This document shows positions 39,163-49,277 of a DNA stretch of 64,000 nt, piece by piece. The position numbers and the translations under genes were made by a program. The stretch lies in the IMG/VR virus record IMGVR_UViG_3300033463_000041, positions 1-64,000 of that record. One strand, given 5' to 3'. The stretch is from a virus. Lineage: Duplodnaviria; Caudoviricetes. The stretch's first letter is position 1; each line of letters begins with the position of its first letter. The notes beneath the pieces are model-generated. The model saw nothing but the letters and a program-made list of their open reading frames with translations. It made no database searches and was not told the origin of the DNA.

Positions 39163-40260
39163 ATGGGAGTAATATCAAGCCAATTCATTGTGACAGCCCT
39201 GGAAGACGGCTCGACCATCCACGGCTCGTTGAGCAGCGACAAGACGCTGACGCAAATTGTAGGCACCTCCGTTCAGCCAGATTGGACGCAGGCTGCAAAC
39301 CAGCCAACCATCACCCTGCGTGTGATGAAGGGTGCATCGTATCTGACCGCCCAGCAGTACAAATGGTATATCAACGGCACGGAAATCACCGACAGTGATA
39401 GTCGGTTCCAGAAAGGGACTACGACAGTCAACGGCATCGTATGCCCTACGTTGAAAATCGTCCAAAACCTTGGAGGCCCAGGCAATCAGGACCTTGACAT
39501 AATCACTATCGCCGGAAAAGTGGAGTCGAACGGTGCAATGATAGACTTCTCCGCTGGTATTGAAGTGAAGATATCGCGTTCTACCGGTTCGGGATACGTG
39601 CCTTCATTGGGCTTTGTAAACGGCAAATCGTGGATTGACACGTCTGGTGAGCGCATCTGCATATATGGCATGCTGGCCACTGAGGAGGGAGCGGTAAGCG
39701 GATATACCTGCCGTTGGTACAAAAACTACGACACGGAGATTACTGCAACAAGCGGCACAGGTTCTTATGTAAGCACCGTTACCATCGGCGGTGTGACCTA
39801 TCCATGTCTTTATCTGGCAGAAGGAGACGTCGATGACTTTACCGTGTTGAGATGCGAATACTATATCAGCGGTACATTGGTAGCACAGGAGACCGCAAAT
39901 ATTGATGACGAACAGGATCCTGACCGCATGTATATCACCTATGGTGCCAACAGTGCAGCCTATGAGGGTACGCCTGCGTCGCTGAAAAGCGGCAGCGTGA
40001 CGTTCAATATATGGGTGGCAGGCAACGACGATCCTGCTAATGCAGCAATCATGGCAAAGTACACCAGCTATAAGGTCATGCTTCTTGACAGTCAGGGGAA
40101 CGTCATCACTGGCTCTGTTTCCGGATTTGATGCAGCCGACGCACAGGGCTACCGCACTCTTCCGGTCAGCAGTAACAAGACGTCGGCCACCATCAGTTAT
40201 GAACAGGTGGTATCTTACGGAGGAAAGATAACAGGTATCGTTAAGGCTTCGACCACATAA
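39163..40260 (+). CDS. Putative tail structural protein (Ig-like)
   Basis: YKWYING and CRWYK Ig-like strands. Confidence 0.6.
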   Translation: MGVISSQFIVTALEDGSTIHGSLSSDKTLTQIVGTSVQPDWTQAANQPTITLRVMKGASYLTAQQYKWYINGTEITDSDSRFQKGTTTVNGIVCPTLKIVQNLGGPGNQDLDIITIAGKVESNGAMIDFSAGIEVKISRSTGSGYVPSLGFVNGKSWIDTSGERICIYGMLATEEGAVSGYTCRWYKNYDTEITATSGTGSYVSTVTIGGVTYPCLYLAEGDVDDFTVLRCEYYISGTLVAQETANIDDEQDPDRMYITYGANSAAYEGTPASLKSGSVTFNIWVAGNDDPANAAIMAKYTSYKVMLLDSQGNVITGSVSGFDAADAQGYRTLPVSSNKTSATISYEQVVSYGGKITGIVKASTT

Positions 40261-40271
40261 GAAATAAAAAT

Positions 40272-43200
40272 ATGGCAGGAAAGACCATAACATCACAGTT
40301 TAGCGTCACCAGTGTAAAAGACGGTAATCCTGGCACTCCTGGAAAGGACGGCAACGGCATCGTAAGCACGGTCCGTACATACGCCATCAGCGCCAATAGT
40401 ACGAGTGCAAACGACACCGTAGCCCCGAGCGACATTAGCTCGTGGGCGGCTGTAAGCCCTGCAGTGACAGAAGCTAAGCCATACCTTTGGGCAAGGGAAG
40501 TGGTGACTTACACAAAATCAGACCCGACGGTCAAATACTACTGCATCGGTGCGCGAGGTGCCAACGGTGTTGATGCGCAGGATATCGAGTGGGTGTATGT
40601 GCTCACGACGGATAATGTTGCGCCTGTCATTGTCGCTGAATCAGGCAACGACTATCTTTCTGACGATTACCTGCCGCTTGCAAAAGTAACAAGCGGGAGA
40701 ATCAAGGGAGGTTCTGAAGGAAACGCAAACACAAATGTAAGATGCACAGACGATCCGCAGGGTGTTGACTCGACTTGGAAATACGAGTGGGAAATCAAAC
40801 GTGAGAAGGGCCCTGCCACCAACGGTCATCGCGCATGGGTAGCCTACAGCGGTACGCTAACGCTGCACAATCAATACGTGACAAGTCCATATTTTGCAGA
40901 CATTGACAACGAAATGGTCAGCGTGGCGTGCAGTTATGAGGGTAAGACTACGGCAGCCTTCGATAAAACCATCGGTGTGAAGATGTGGCATGGCTCAGAT
41001 GAACAGACGCTGACGAAGCTCGTTGCTACGTTTGGCGGTACGTCGGCATCGGCAACCGGATCGACAAACTCCGCATCGGCTACTTCTGGAAACATAAAGA
41101 TAACCGTCAATAAGTCTTCTAAAACTATCCGCATTGAGATAAGCAATGCCAAGGAAATCGCACAGGTGACGGACATCACCATCACCATAGCCTGCGAGAA
41201 CAGCGGCGACCAGACACTACACCTCTACGTCAACGGCGTGCGCCCTGGCAACCCTGGAGAAAAAGCTGTCATATACGACCTTGTCCCTTCGGCATCGTCT
41301 GTAAAGCGCAATAAGAACAATACGCTCACGCCATCATCGCTGACTTGTGACGTACAGAAGAATGCCGGTTCTGCATCTTCGCGTGCAGCCAGCACAGACG
41401 GAACACTCTATTACCGAAAGAATGGTGATATCGCCTCGACCTCAGACGGTACGTCGCTGGCTATCAATAGCGGAAGCATAAGCATTGAAGCGTCCGACAC
41501 CTATGTTACCTTTGCTTTCTTTGATGCCAGCGGTACACTCCGTGACAAGGAGCGCGTAATCGTAGTCTATGACGGAACTGACGGAATAAATGCGCCATAC
41601 GATGTAATAACCTATGCAAGAAGCAAAAGCCGTTCAAGCTACTCTGGTAGCAATATCGACACATCTGTTGGTACAAACGGTTGGGCAAGTACGGCTCCGT
41701 CCACAACGTCAACATATCCATATATCTGGGAGAAGATTGAACATTACACATGGAGCGGAGGGACAGCTACGCTCAGTTCGACCAGCTATGTTTGCCTGAC
41801 AGGAGAAAAAGGGCCAGACGGAAAGTCACTCTATGGACTTTCGAGTTCGGCATCGCTTATTACACTGTCAAAAAACTATGCTGGCGTGATCTCCGCATCG
41901 CTTTTGTCATACACTATTTCATTACAATACGACGGAAATTCGATTACTTCTATTCCGTCCGGATATAGCTTATGGCAGAGAAAGGATGGCGGATCATGGA
42001 CTTCTGCAACGCTTGGATCTAAGACAACACTTGCATCAGACAATTTTAACGATGGAGCTGTCGGTGTGATACAATATGCCTTCTGTGTGGGAACAAGTTA
42101 TGTTGCCGGAAATGTCCTATCTTCTGCATCAGTCAGCGTTCGTTGGGAAATTCAACGCATGCTTATTCCACAAGGGAAATGGGACGAAGCGACAAACTAT
42201 CAGTTTGCACGTACAGACACAACTACTCCTCTTGTATTTTTGGATGGTAACAACGGTGGTACGTATTGGTACCTTATTGCGGATAACAACAATGCCGGTA
42301 CGTCTTCTTCACCTTCATGGGTTGCTCCAGGTACGAATGGGAGTATATGGGCGCAGGCTACCAACTACGAGGTCATACTTACAAAGATGATTTTCGCGGA
42401 GATGGCACGGCTTGGCTCATACGTTGTTTATGATCGTTTCTTCTTCTCTCAGTACGGCACGTTGATTTACAAAGGTGCCAGCGGGAATACTTTAGAAACA
42501 ACTGTCAAAGCATCAAACGTTAGTAGTAACTTCAACGGCATAACGCCAATAGTACTGAACGGTAATGAAACAAACGACATCATTGTTTGTAAGGTTGCTT
42601 TCTATGCTACGGCCAATGCTCAGATAAAGATTACCTTGACGCCAAGTAGTGAACTGAACTATGATTTCGGAGCAATAGGTGTATTGGGTACAGAATCCTC
42701 ACCGGGATACTCTAAATGGCTTGAATCGGCAAACGAATCGACTATTAAAAATACTGCGGTCGGTACTTATATGCTGAAAAAGGCAAGCGGAACAACACCT
42801 GTTGACACTACCATAACCATACCGTCTGCAGGCGAATATTATATCGAGATTGCCTATGCTTGTGATGTCGATGTCGACAACGATGATACTGCAACCTTTG
42901 TCTTTGAGCGCAAGTCTGGTACTGTAACATGGCGTTCGGTAACAAAGGTGGCTGGAAGCCAGTGGATGACCTTTGATGGTAAGGCCGGAAACCTTGTGCC
43001 ATACGCATGGTTTGATCCTTCAGATCCAATGGCAGAGAATGTTCCTGCCACTGGCTATAAGTTCCGCCCAGCGAAGTGCATCAACGCACTTGCTGGAGAG
43101 GAATGGATGGCAGGAGGCAATGTACATGTTAGCCAGGCTGGTGATATAACAATGCAAAATGCGGTAATTGAGGGATCGCTAATGTATCATAAGACTTATG

Positions 43201-43808
43201 TAGACAAGGCTGGCAACTCTATCACTCCATTTACGATGTGGAGTGTCACTGGCTCTGCAGTTGACGTTGACGGAAGCGCAACAGTTAAAAAATTGACGAT
43301 GCAATATGATACCATTATCATCGGTGGAAACACAAGGTCAAATTCCTACAATCTCTTTACTAACATTGTAGATACCGGATATACCGTACTTCTGCCGCCT
43401 GCCAAGTTCTTCCCTGGCATGCGCTTAAAGATAATTAACGGAACATTTACTGGCGGTAACGGCAATGCAGCAACGCTTAGCCCGAGTCCCATAAATCTGG
43501 CGGTTATCTATCGCAGCGACACAGAAGAACTTGTCGATTACATAGATATCAGCTATGATGCAAATATGATTGCAGCAGCTTTGCCTGTCACGTTTAACAA
43601 TAGTATTGGTGATGACTTTACTTTTGTTGGTGCTCCAGACAGCACAAAACACATAGACTATACGCCTACGACAGCTAATCGTTTTACGGTATTTGGCCTA
43701 AAAGGAAGTAGTAACAAAAAGTACAAATCTATAGAGTTGGCAGCACTTGAGAATCCATACGTCTCTGGAACGCACTACTGCTGGATGATTATCAGTACGC
43801 AAGAATAA
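40272..43808 (+). CDS. Tail fibre / receptor-binding protein
   Basis: Short GxxG(K/N)DG collagen-like spacers, PYLW/PYIW repeats, 1178 aa. Confidence 0.7.
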   Translation: MAGKTITSQFSVTSVKDGNPGTPGKDGNGIVSTVRTYAISANSTSANDTVAPSDISSWAAVSPAVTEAKPYLWAREVVTYTKSDPTVKYYCIGARGANGVDAQDIEWVYVLTTDNVAPVIVAESGNDYLSDDYLPLAKVTSGRIKGGSEGNANTNVRCTDDPQGVDSTWKYEWEIKREKGPATNGHRAWVAYSGTLTLHNQYVTSPYFADIDNEMVSVACSYEGKTTAAFDKTIGVKMWHGSDEQTLTKLVATFGGTSASATGSTNSASATSGNIKITVNKSSKTIRIEISNAKEIAQVTDITITIACENSGDQTLHLYVNGVRPGNPGEKAVIYDLVPSASSVKRNKNNTLTPSSLTCDVQKNAGSASSRAASTDGTLYYRKNGDIASTSDGTSLAINSGSISIEASDTYVTFAFFDASGTLRDKERVIVVYDGTDGINAPYDVITYARSKSRSSYSGSNIDTSVGTNGWASTAPSTTSTYPYIWEKIEHYTWSGGTATLSSTSYVCLTGEKGPDGKSLYGLSSSASLITLSKNYAGVISASLLSYTISLQYDGNSITSIPSGYSLWQRKDGGSWTSATLGSKTTLASDNFNDGAVGVIQYAFCVGTSYVAGNVLSSASVSVRWEIQRMLIPQGKWDEATNYQFARTDTTTPLVFLDGNNGGTYWYLIADNNNAGTSSSPSWVAPGTNGSIWAQATNYEVILTKMIFAEMARLGSYVVYDRFFFSQYGTLIYKGASGNTLETTVKASNVSSNFNGITPIVLNGNETNDIIVCKVAFYATANAQIKITLTPSSELNYDFGAIGVLGTESSPGYSKWLESANESTIKNTAVGTYMLKKASGTTPVDTTITIPSAGEYYIEIAYACDVDVDNDDTATFVFERKSGTVTWRSVTKVAGSQWMTFDGKAGNLVPYAWFDPSDPMAENVPATGYKFRPAKCINALAGEEWMAGGNVHVSQAGDITMQNAVIEGSLMYHKTYVDKAGNSITPFTMWSVTGSAVDVDGSATVKKLTMQYDTIIIGGNTRSNSYNLFTNIVDTGYTVLLPPAKFFPGMRLKIINGTFTGGNGNAATLSPSPINLAVIYRSDTEELVDYIDISYDANMIAAALPVTFNNSIGDDFTFVGAPDSTKHIDYTPTTANRFTVFGLKGSSNKKYKSIELAALENPYVSGTHYCWMIISTQE

Positions 43809-43868
43809 GAGATTATGAAGGCAAATGTAAATTGTGACAAACGAAGAAGCCAAAAGGACAAAGCGCAT

Positions 43869-43907
43869 TTGCCCTTGACTTTTCCGGTCTCATTCCTTAT
43901 CTTTCGG
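43869..43907 (+). promoter_or_regulatory. Putative phage late promoter, copy 4
   Basis: TTGCCCTTGAC-N18-TATCTTTCGG upstream of 43936. Confidence 0.7.
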
Positions 43908-43935
43908 CATAGGAACTGATTAAAAAAGAACAGAC

Positions 43936-44373
43936 ATGGCAAAATTATCATTCAACTATGACGGACAGAGCTATGTATCTGACGTCTTCTCGGGAGGAAA
44001 GGTTGTGCAACTGACTTTCCCGATAGAGAGAACCAAAGTGCTTTATCTGGAGACGCGCCTTGGCGTTGGCCTTCCTTGGAATGTCGCCGACAGCCGTATT
44101 CTGGAAAAGCAGATGGTGGTCAACGTTCCTGCTGGCGGCAGCGGACAGGAGTACCGTATGAACTGTATCGCAGAGCCTGCATCGGCAGAAATTGTTGCCG
44201 ACCAGTCGGGCGGCGGAAGCGGTGGCGGCAGCTCGCAACCATCGGCTAACAGTGTAGGTTCCGAGGAAATCAAGGACGGTTCAATCAGGATGGAAGACCT
44301 CGACCCAAGCATCGTGACCACACCAGCAGAAGCGCGTCAGATGGTGGCCGACGCCATTGCCGCCAACACATAA
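43936..44373 (+). CDS. Putative virion accessory protein
   Basis: SGGGSGGGSS linker, NSVGSEEIKDGSI fibre-type repeat. Confidence 0.6.
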   Translation: MAKLSFNYDGQSYVSDVFSGGKVVQLTFPIERTKVLYLETRLGVGLPWNVADSRILEKQMVVNVPAGGSGQEYRMNCIAEPASAEIVADQSGGGSGGGSSQPSANSVGSEEIKDGSIRMEDLDPSIVTTPAEARQMVADAIAANT

Positions 44374-44437
44374 AAAGAATGAGCATAAAACTCAGATATA
44401 GTTCACTTTATTAACCCTTTAAAAAGTATTTCGCTTT

Positions 44438-45076
44438 ATGACAAAAGACGAGCTTTTATTAAAGATTGTGGCCACCGAGTCATTGGAGGCCGCCATCAAT
44501 GACATCATCGCGTATGTCAAGCAGAACCGTTCAGCCATCGATGCTAACATCAGCACCGTCAACGGCAAGGTGACAACCCTTATCGGCAGCGATACTGCAA
44601 AGAGCGTCCGCACCATCGCTAACGAGGAACTGGCTGCACAGCTGATTCCTGCTAACGCCAAGGAGGCACTCGACACCTTGCAGGAGATTGCTGCATGGAT
44701 CCAGAGCCACCCGGACGATGCCTCTGCCATGAACACGGCAATCACCAACCTGCAGAACCTCGTTGGTACTCTCCCACAGGACACTGAGGAGACCACCGTC
44801 GTGGCTTGGGTAACAGCAGAGCTGGCAGCCCTCGCTTCTCAGATCAGTGGCAAGAACGTCTCTGCATCTGGTGAGACTGGCGACGGCGCCCTCGTAACGG
44901 CTTCTGCCTCGAACAATGCCGTTACCGTCGGCACTACCACAAAGCTGAAGAACGCTGTATCTGCTGCTGAGTCAGCTGTTCAGCCAGAAGATCTCGGTCT
45001 GCTGACCGTAGCCGAGGCACAGGCTCTCGTGGCCGCTGCCATCGCTGATTCTTCCAGCTCGAACTCCAGCAACTAA
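44438..45076 (+). CDS. Putative fibre/structural protein ending ADSSSSNSSN
   Basis: LDTLQEIAAWI motif of phage fibre proteins; strongly biased codons. Confidence 0.65.
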   Translation: MTKDELLLKIVATESLEAAINDIIAYVKQNRSAIDANISTVNGKVTTLIGSDTAKSVRTIANEELAAQLIPANAKEALDTLQEIAAWIQSHPDDASAMNTAITNLQNLVGTLPQDTEETTVVAWVTAELAALASQISGKNVSASGETGDGALVTASASNNAVTVGTTTKLKNAVSAAESAVQPEDLGLLTVAEAQALVAAAIADSSSSNSSN

Positions 45077-45091
45077 TTGCGCTCTCTGTGT

Positions 45092-45140
45092 GCCTGCGGA
45101 GGAGTGACGCTCCTCGGGGTGTTTTCTCCGCAGGCTCTTT
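45092..45140 (+). terminator. Stem-loop, probable terminator
   Basis: gcctgcggag...ctccgcaggc followed by tcttt. Confidence 0.55.
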
Positions 45141-45180
45141 ACTGTCAATTCATAAAGCGAAAACAGATTCTGATTAGATT

Positions 45181-45777
45181 ATGGCAAACGATAACAATAG
45201 CGTTTTAACACCGATGCAGTGGCTCAAGCAGAACCTGCAATTGGCGTTGCGCGAGTTCTGGAGCAGCATCACGGCTGTCTTCGCTACCAAACAACAGGTA
45301 GCGTCCGACATCGCAACGATTGCTGAAATCGCTGCGCCACTCCATCCCGTAAACATCAACACGCTCACGCCGACAAGCACATTCGTCGCCAATGCCATCA
45401 TCGGCATCAACGGCGTCATCTACCGTGCAAAACAGGCTACGAGCCATTTCCCTGTGGTGCTGGAGACGAGCGGAGAAGCCCTTGTGGTACAGGTCATCAA
45501 CGGAAAGAAATCCTTTGTTGTCAGCGATCCGACCGTGCATAGCGACTGGGAGCAGTGGACCGATGCTGCCATTGAGTACTGGATTAGCCAGTTGGCAGCC
45601 CGCGCTACGTCGTTGGAGAATGCGGATGTTGCGCTCGCTTCTCGCATTACTGCACTTGAGACAGCACTACAGTCTCGACCAGGCAGTATCACCTATGGCG
45701 GTGTGGAATACAGTGCTTCAGACCTGCTGACGGCTATGGCATCGCTTATGACAAAGACCGTTGTTACAGGAGAGTAA
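45181..45777 (+). CDS. Putative fibre-associated protein
   Basis: Coiled-coil RITALE repeat. Confidence 0.6.
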   Translation: MANDNNSVLTPMQWLKQNLQLALREFWSSITAVFATKQQVASDIATIAEIAAPLHPVNINTLTPTSTFVANAIIGINGVIYRAKQATSHFPVVLETSGEALVVQVINGKKSFVVSDPTVHSDWEQWTDAAIEYWISQLAARATSLENADVALASRITALETALQSRPGSITYGGVEYSASDLLTAMASLMTKTVVTGE

Positions 45778-45849
45778 GAACCGGCAAAGCGCATAAGGCA
45801 AAATGGCTTAGAATATGGTTATTAACAATAATAGAGATTTTAAAAGATT

Positions 45850-46935
45850 ATGGAAACTATCACCCAAACCAATGCGCTGAAGGCCGTACAGTCCGGTCTC
45901 ACGCAATCCGCACCTGGAGCGACACAGCAGTTAATGCTTTTTAATCCAGATGGCACCCCTGCAAACAAGTGTACTCCGCAACAGCTAATTACGGACGGAG
46001 CATACCTTGGTGGTGGATATGCTACCTGTGCAACAGCTGCGACAACACAGGCAAAGACAGTCACTCTCTCGAATTATCTCTTGCTGAAGAACGTTCCGGT
46101 ATCAGTCCGCTTCCAGAACGGCATCAACGTGGCAGGGGCTACGCTCAATATCAACTCTCAAGGAGCAAAGCCAATCCTTATTAACGGATCAGCACTGCAG
46201 CCTGGCGTCGTCCGCCCTGGCATGACCGTCACATTTGTCTACGACGGCACGAACTACAACATCATTGAGATGCTGGGTCTTGAGCAGAGTGCAAGCCCCT
46301 CAGACCTCTTTGTGGACATGGGGCTTCCTTCCGGCCTTCTCTGGGCAAAGAAAAATATCGACGTGACACAGGCCGATGGTTTCGCGGCCAGCGAATACCA
46401 GTACGAATGCTCATTCGTCTCTTGGGGCAATACCCAGATGTACAACCCAACGAGCACGTCAGCATTTGCACATGACTTCGGAACGTCAAACGAAGGTCCT
46501 TATGCATCTACTCCCGGTGCAGCTCTCACGGGCAACATGTCGCCGTCGTTTGATGCAGCACGCGCAAACATCGGCGCGCCTTGGCGTATGCCTACTACCG
46601 AGGAATATGCGGAACTGTTCAACAGCAGCTATACAAAGTATATTGATGCTGACGGCAATGATATCGCCGCTGAGACAGCGAATAAGCTGATCACCATCAA
46701 CGGCATTACGGGCATCCGTCTGAAATCCAAGGTCAACGGCAACGTTATTTTCTTTCCTTGCTCCGGCTACGGTGACGGGACGTCGTGGGGCACTCGCGGT
46801 TCGTTCGGCTTCTATTGGGCGTCTTCATTGTTCTCTTCTACGTATGGTCGCGACCTGTACTTCGATTCGGGTGGTGTCGGTCCTCAGAACCTCAGCTACC
46901 GCTTCATCGGTTTCACCGTGCGGGCTGTTCAGTAA
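45850..46935 (+). CDS. DGR target protein: fibre N-terminus plus C-type-lectin-fold (Fib_succ_major-like) domain
   Basis: VDMGLPSGLLWA..N, WRMPT..E..EL, G.YWASS and GFTVRAV motifs; 3' end is the VR. Confidence 0.9.
   Translation: METITQTNALKAVQSGLTQSAPGATQQLMLFNPDGTPANKCTPQQLITDGAYLGGGYATCATAATTQAKTVTLSNYLLLKNVPVSVRFQNGINVAGATLNINSQGAKPILINGSALQPGVVRPGMTVTFVYDGTNYNIIEMLGLEQSASPSDLFVDMGLPSGLLWAKKNIDVTQADGFAASEYQYECSFVSWGNTQMYNPTSTSAFAHDFGTSNEGPYASTPGAALTGNMSPSFDAARANIGAPWRMPTTEEYAELFNSSYTKYIDADGNDIAAETANKLITINGITGIRLKSKVNGNVIFFPCSGYGDGTSWGTRGSFGFYWASSLFSSTYGRDLYFDSGGVGPQNLSYRFIGFTVRAVQ
46748..46932 (+). repeat. DGR variable repeat (VR)
   Basis: 185-nt ungapped match to 47837-48021; by manual count 22 of 23 mismatches are at TR adenines. 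Confidence 0.97.
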
Positions 46936-46938
46936 TTA

Positions 46939-47021
46939 TGCCTTGACCCAAGGCACTCATTTCCGCAGGCCATGCCCCAAGCCGCCCACCAGGCGGCACA
47001 AGGCATGGTCGAAGGAAATGA
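46939..47021 (+). other. Hairpins downstream of VR (DGR homing cis-elements)
   Basis: tgccttg-acc-caaggca stem, then a long imperfect hairpin tcatttcc/ggaaatga, ccatgcc/ggcatgg, gccgcc/ggcggc. Confidence 0.7.
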
Positions 47022-47070
47022 CTACAGTGAAAATTAGTAACAACAAATAATCAATAAAACAATAAAAGCA

Positions 47071-47649
47071 ATGAGACTCAACGCCGCATTGGAATATGAG
47101 AAGGTAAGAGAGAATGACTCCAACTGGAACAAGGTGGTTCTTCACAAGGACGGGCATTTCTATCACGCCTACGAATGGAGCGCGTGGCTGATAAAGACGT
47201 TTGTCTGTACTGAGGAATTCCAGAAAGCGCGTCAGGACAATTCGGTCCTTTCGGCCTTGCATTTTATCACGAAGAACAATGACTATGTGATGCTCGGCTT
47301 CCCTCTTGAGAGTCTGTCAAAGTATATTCCTGAGTACGAGGACGTAAAAGCGCTGGAAGGTGACGACCTCGAAATAACGATTGCACTGCCGGTCGATGAA
47401 GACCGTACATTCGAGAGCATGTCTGAATCCTTCAGTGCATGGCGCACAGAATGTCCCATCAAGGAGCCGCCTAACAAGGGTGCTGGCAAGAATGCACTGA
47501 AAGGTGTCAGCCAGGCTGCTGTTCTCAGCCGTAGCGGCATATTTCAGATAGCAGCACAGGTTATGGCCTATCCTGTTGAGAAGAGTACTCCTGCCGAGAA
47601 TATTGAGTTCATCTCAAGTCTGAAACAGCAGGTGGCACAACTCCTTTGA
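47071..47649 (+). CDS. DGR accessory protein, MutS-like (MSL type)
   Basis: VVLHKDGHFYHAYEWSA resembles MutS domain I; C-terminal KSTPAENIEFISSLKQQV resembles the MutS C-terminal helix; lies between VR and TR. Confidence 0.7.
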   Translation: MRLNAALEYEKVRENDSNWNKVVLHKDGHFYHAYEWSAWLIKTFVCTEEFQKARQDNSVLSALHFITKNNDYVMLGFPLESLSKYIPEYEDVKALEGDDLEITIALPVDEDRTFESMSESFSAWRTECPIKEPPNKGAGKNALKGVSQAAVLSRSGIFQIAAQVMAYPVEKSTPAENIEFISSLKQQVAQLL

Positions 47650-47836
47650 GCCTGTCTGCAAACAAACCTCCAGCTTCTAAAGGTGTTCTTTCATTTTGTG
47701 GGCTATTCAGAATAAGGCATAATTCATAGGTTGCTCGTCCTTCATCCCAATGGATGCGGGAAAAATCAAAGACTGATGATGGCTTCCCTTGCGGATTCTT
47801 TCTTCTGTTCGTATCAGGCAGCAACCGCCATGAGGT

Positions 47837-48021
47837 TTTTCTTTCCTTGCTCCGGCAACGGTAACGGGACGTCGTGGAACAATCGCGGTTCGAACGGCAA
47901 CTATTGGGCGTCGTCATTGAACTCTTCTACGAATGGTCGCAACCTGAACTTCAATTCGGGTGGTGTCAATCCTCAGAACAACAACAACCGCTTCAACGGT
48001 TTCACCGTGCGGGCTGTTCAG
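47837..48021 (+). ncRNA. DGR template repeat (TR)
   Basis: Adenine-rich copy of VR with 17 AAY codons, immediately upstream of RT. Confidence 0.96.
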
Positions 48022-48078
48022 CATTCTGTCTATCAGTGATGGCAACACATATAGATAAACATAAAAACGAAGGATAGT

Positions 48079-49266
48079 ATGGCGTATAGATTGACAAAGA
48101 AATCACTATTGCTTGACCTTTATGCAGCATTTGCATGTGCAAAGCAGCATAAGGCATCGAAGGCGTATGTGCTTCACTTCCGCAACAATCTTGACGCGAA
48201 CCTCCGCAAACTATGTGATGACTTGTGGAATCGCAGATACAAGCCTGAACCCTCCAGCTGTTTTATCGTTGAACGTCCTAAGAAGCGTGAGGTCTTTGCA
48301 GCTCAGTTCAGAGACAGGGTGGTACATCACCTATACTACAATTATACGCATGTCCTGTTTGAGCGCACATTCATACAAGACACCTATTCGTGTATTCCAG
48401 GACGCGGGACGCATTACGGAGTCGAAAGACTTGAGATGCACATACGGAAGGAAAGCCGGAACTATACCAGACGCTGCTATGCTCTGAAACTCGACAAGCG
48501 CGGATATTTCATGCACATAGACCGGAGCCGTCTGCTGTCTATAACGCTCGGCTCGCTCGAAAAAATGGGCGAACACAGGATAGGCCGTAGCGGTAAGACG
48601 TGGAACGATCATCTTGACATGGACTTCCTCGGATGGCTGTCAGAGGAAATCATCACGCTTAATCCGAAGGAACACTGCCATATCGTAGGCTCGGTAAAGG
48701 ACTGGGACGGACTTGACAGGAACAAGTCGCTGTTCTATACCGTCGACGGATGCGGACTGCCCATAGGGAACCTGACATCGCAGCTGCTCAGCAATGTCTA
48801 TCTGAACTGCTTCGACCAGTATATGAAACGAGAACTCGGATGTAAGCATTATGGACGTTATGTCGATGACAGCTATGTCGTCAGCTGTGACAGGGAATGG
48901 CTTCTTGCCCTCGTCCCGAAGATAAGGGCCTTCCTTAAAGACGTTTTGGGATTGGACCTTCATATGGGGAAACTCCATATCGTAGACGTGTCTTTCGGTG
49001 TTGAGTTCCTCGGTGCGTTTGTGAAGAAATTCAGGACGTATGTAAGCCGTGCGTCCATTGGTCGTTCCGCAGCAAGCATACTCAACCTGTGCCTGGAAGA
49101 TGGCGCTCAGGCGTGGCGTAGCATAAACTCGTTTGTCGGCATGATGGCCCATTATACGTCATACTATGTCCGTTGCCGTATATTCCTACGTCCGGACTTC
49201 CTCTCTATTGCTACATTCGACAAGGATGTGAAGAAGATGAATAAACCATTATTTATAAACGTTTAA
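48079..49266 (+). CDS. DGR reverse transcriptase
   Basis: KKREVFAA.FRDRVVHH, GLPIGNLTSQ and RYVDD motifs; FLG thumb motif. Confidence 0.96.
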   Translation: MAYRLTKKSLLLDLYAAFACAKQHKASKAYVLHFRNNLDANLRKLCDDLWNRRYKPEPSSCFIVERPKKREVFAAQFRDRVVHHLYYNYTHVLFERTFIQDTYSCIPGRGTHYGVERLEMHIRKESRNYTRRCYALKLDKRGYFMHIDRSRLLSITLGSLEKMGEHRIGRSGKTWNDHLDMDFLGWLSEEIITLNPKEHCHIVGSVKDWDGLDRNKSLFYTVDGCGLPIGNLTSQLLSNVYLNCFDQYMKRELGCKHYGRYVDDSYVVSCDREWLLALVPKIRAFLKDVLGLDLHMGKLHIVDVSFGVEFLGAFVKKFRTYVSRASIGRSAASILNLCLEDGAQAWRSINSFVGMMAHYTSYYVRCRIFLRPDFLSIATFDKDVKKMNKPLFINV

Positions 49267-49277
49267 AGATTTTGAAC

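Noticed and set aside
33759-45777. Second DGR target among the other fibre genes
   Set aside because: No additional TR-like sequence was seen by eye; a BLASTN of the TR would settle this
46939-46955. TGCCTTGAC resembling the late promoter
   Set aside because: Lacks one C and the downstream box; better explained as the DGR hairpin
47731-48039. 102-aa ORF with an Asn-rich C-terminus resembling the DGR target
   Set aside because: It is the template repeat read in frame, with a weak TTG start; the TR functions as RNA
48079-49266. RT as a group II intron, retron or Abi RT
   Set aside because: SQ motif, size and adjacent TR/VR with adenine-specific mismatches identify it as a DGR RT
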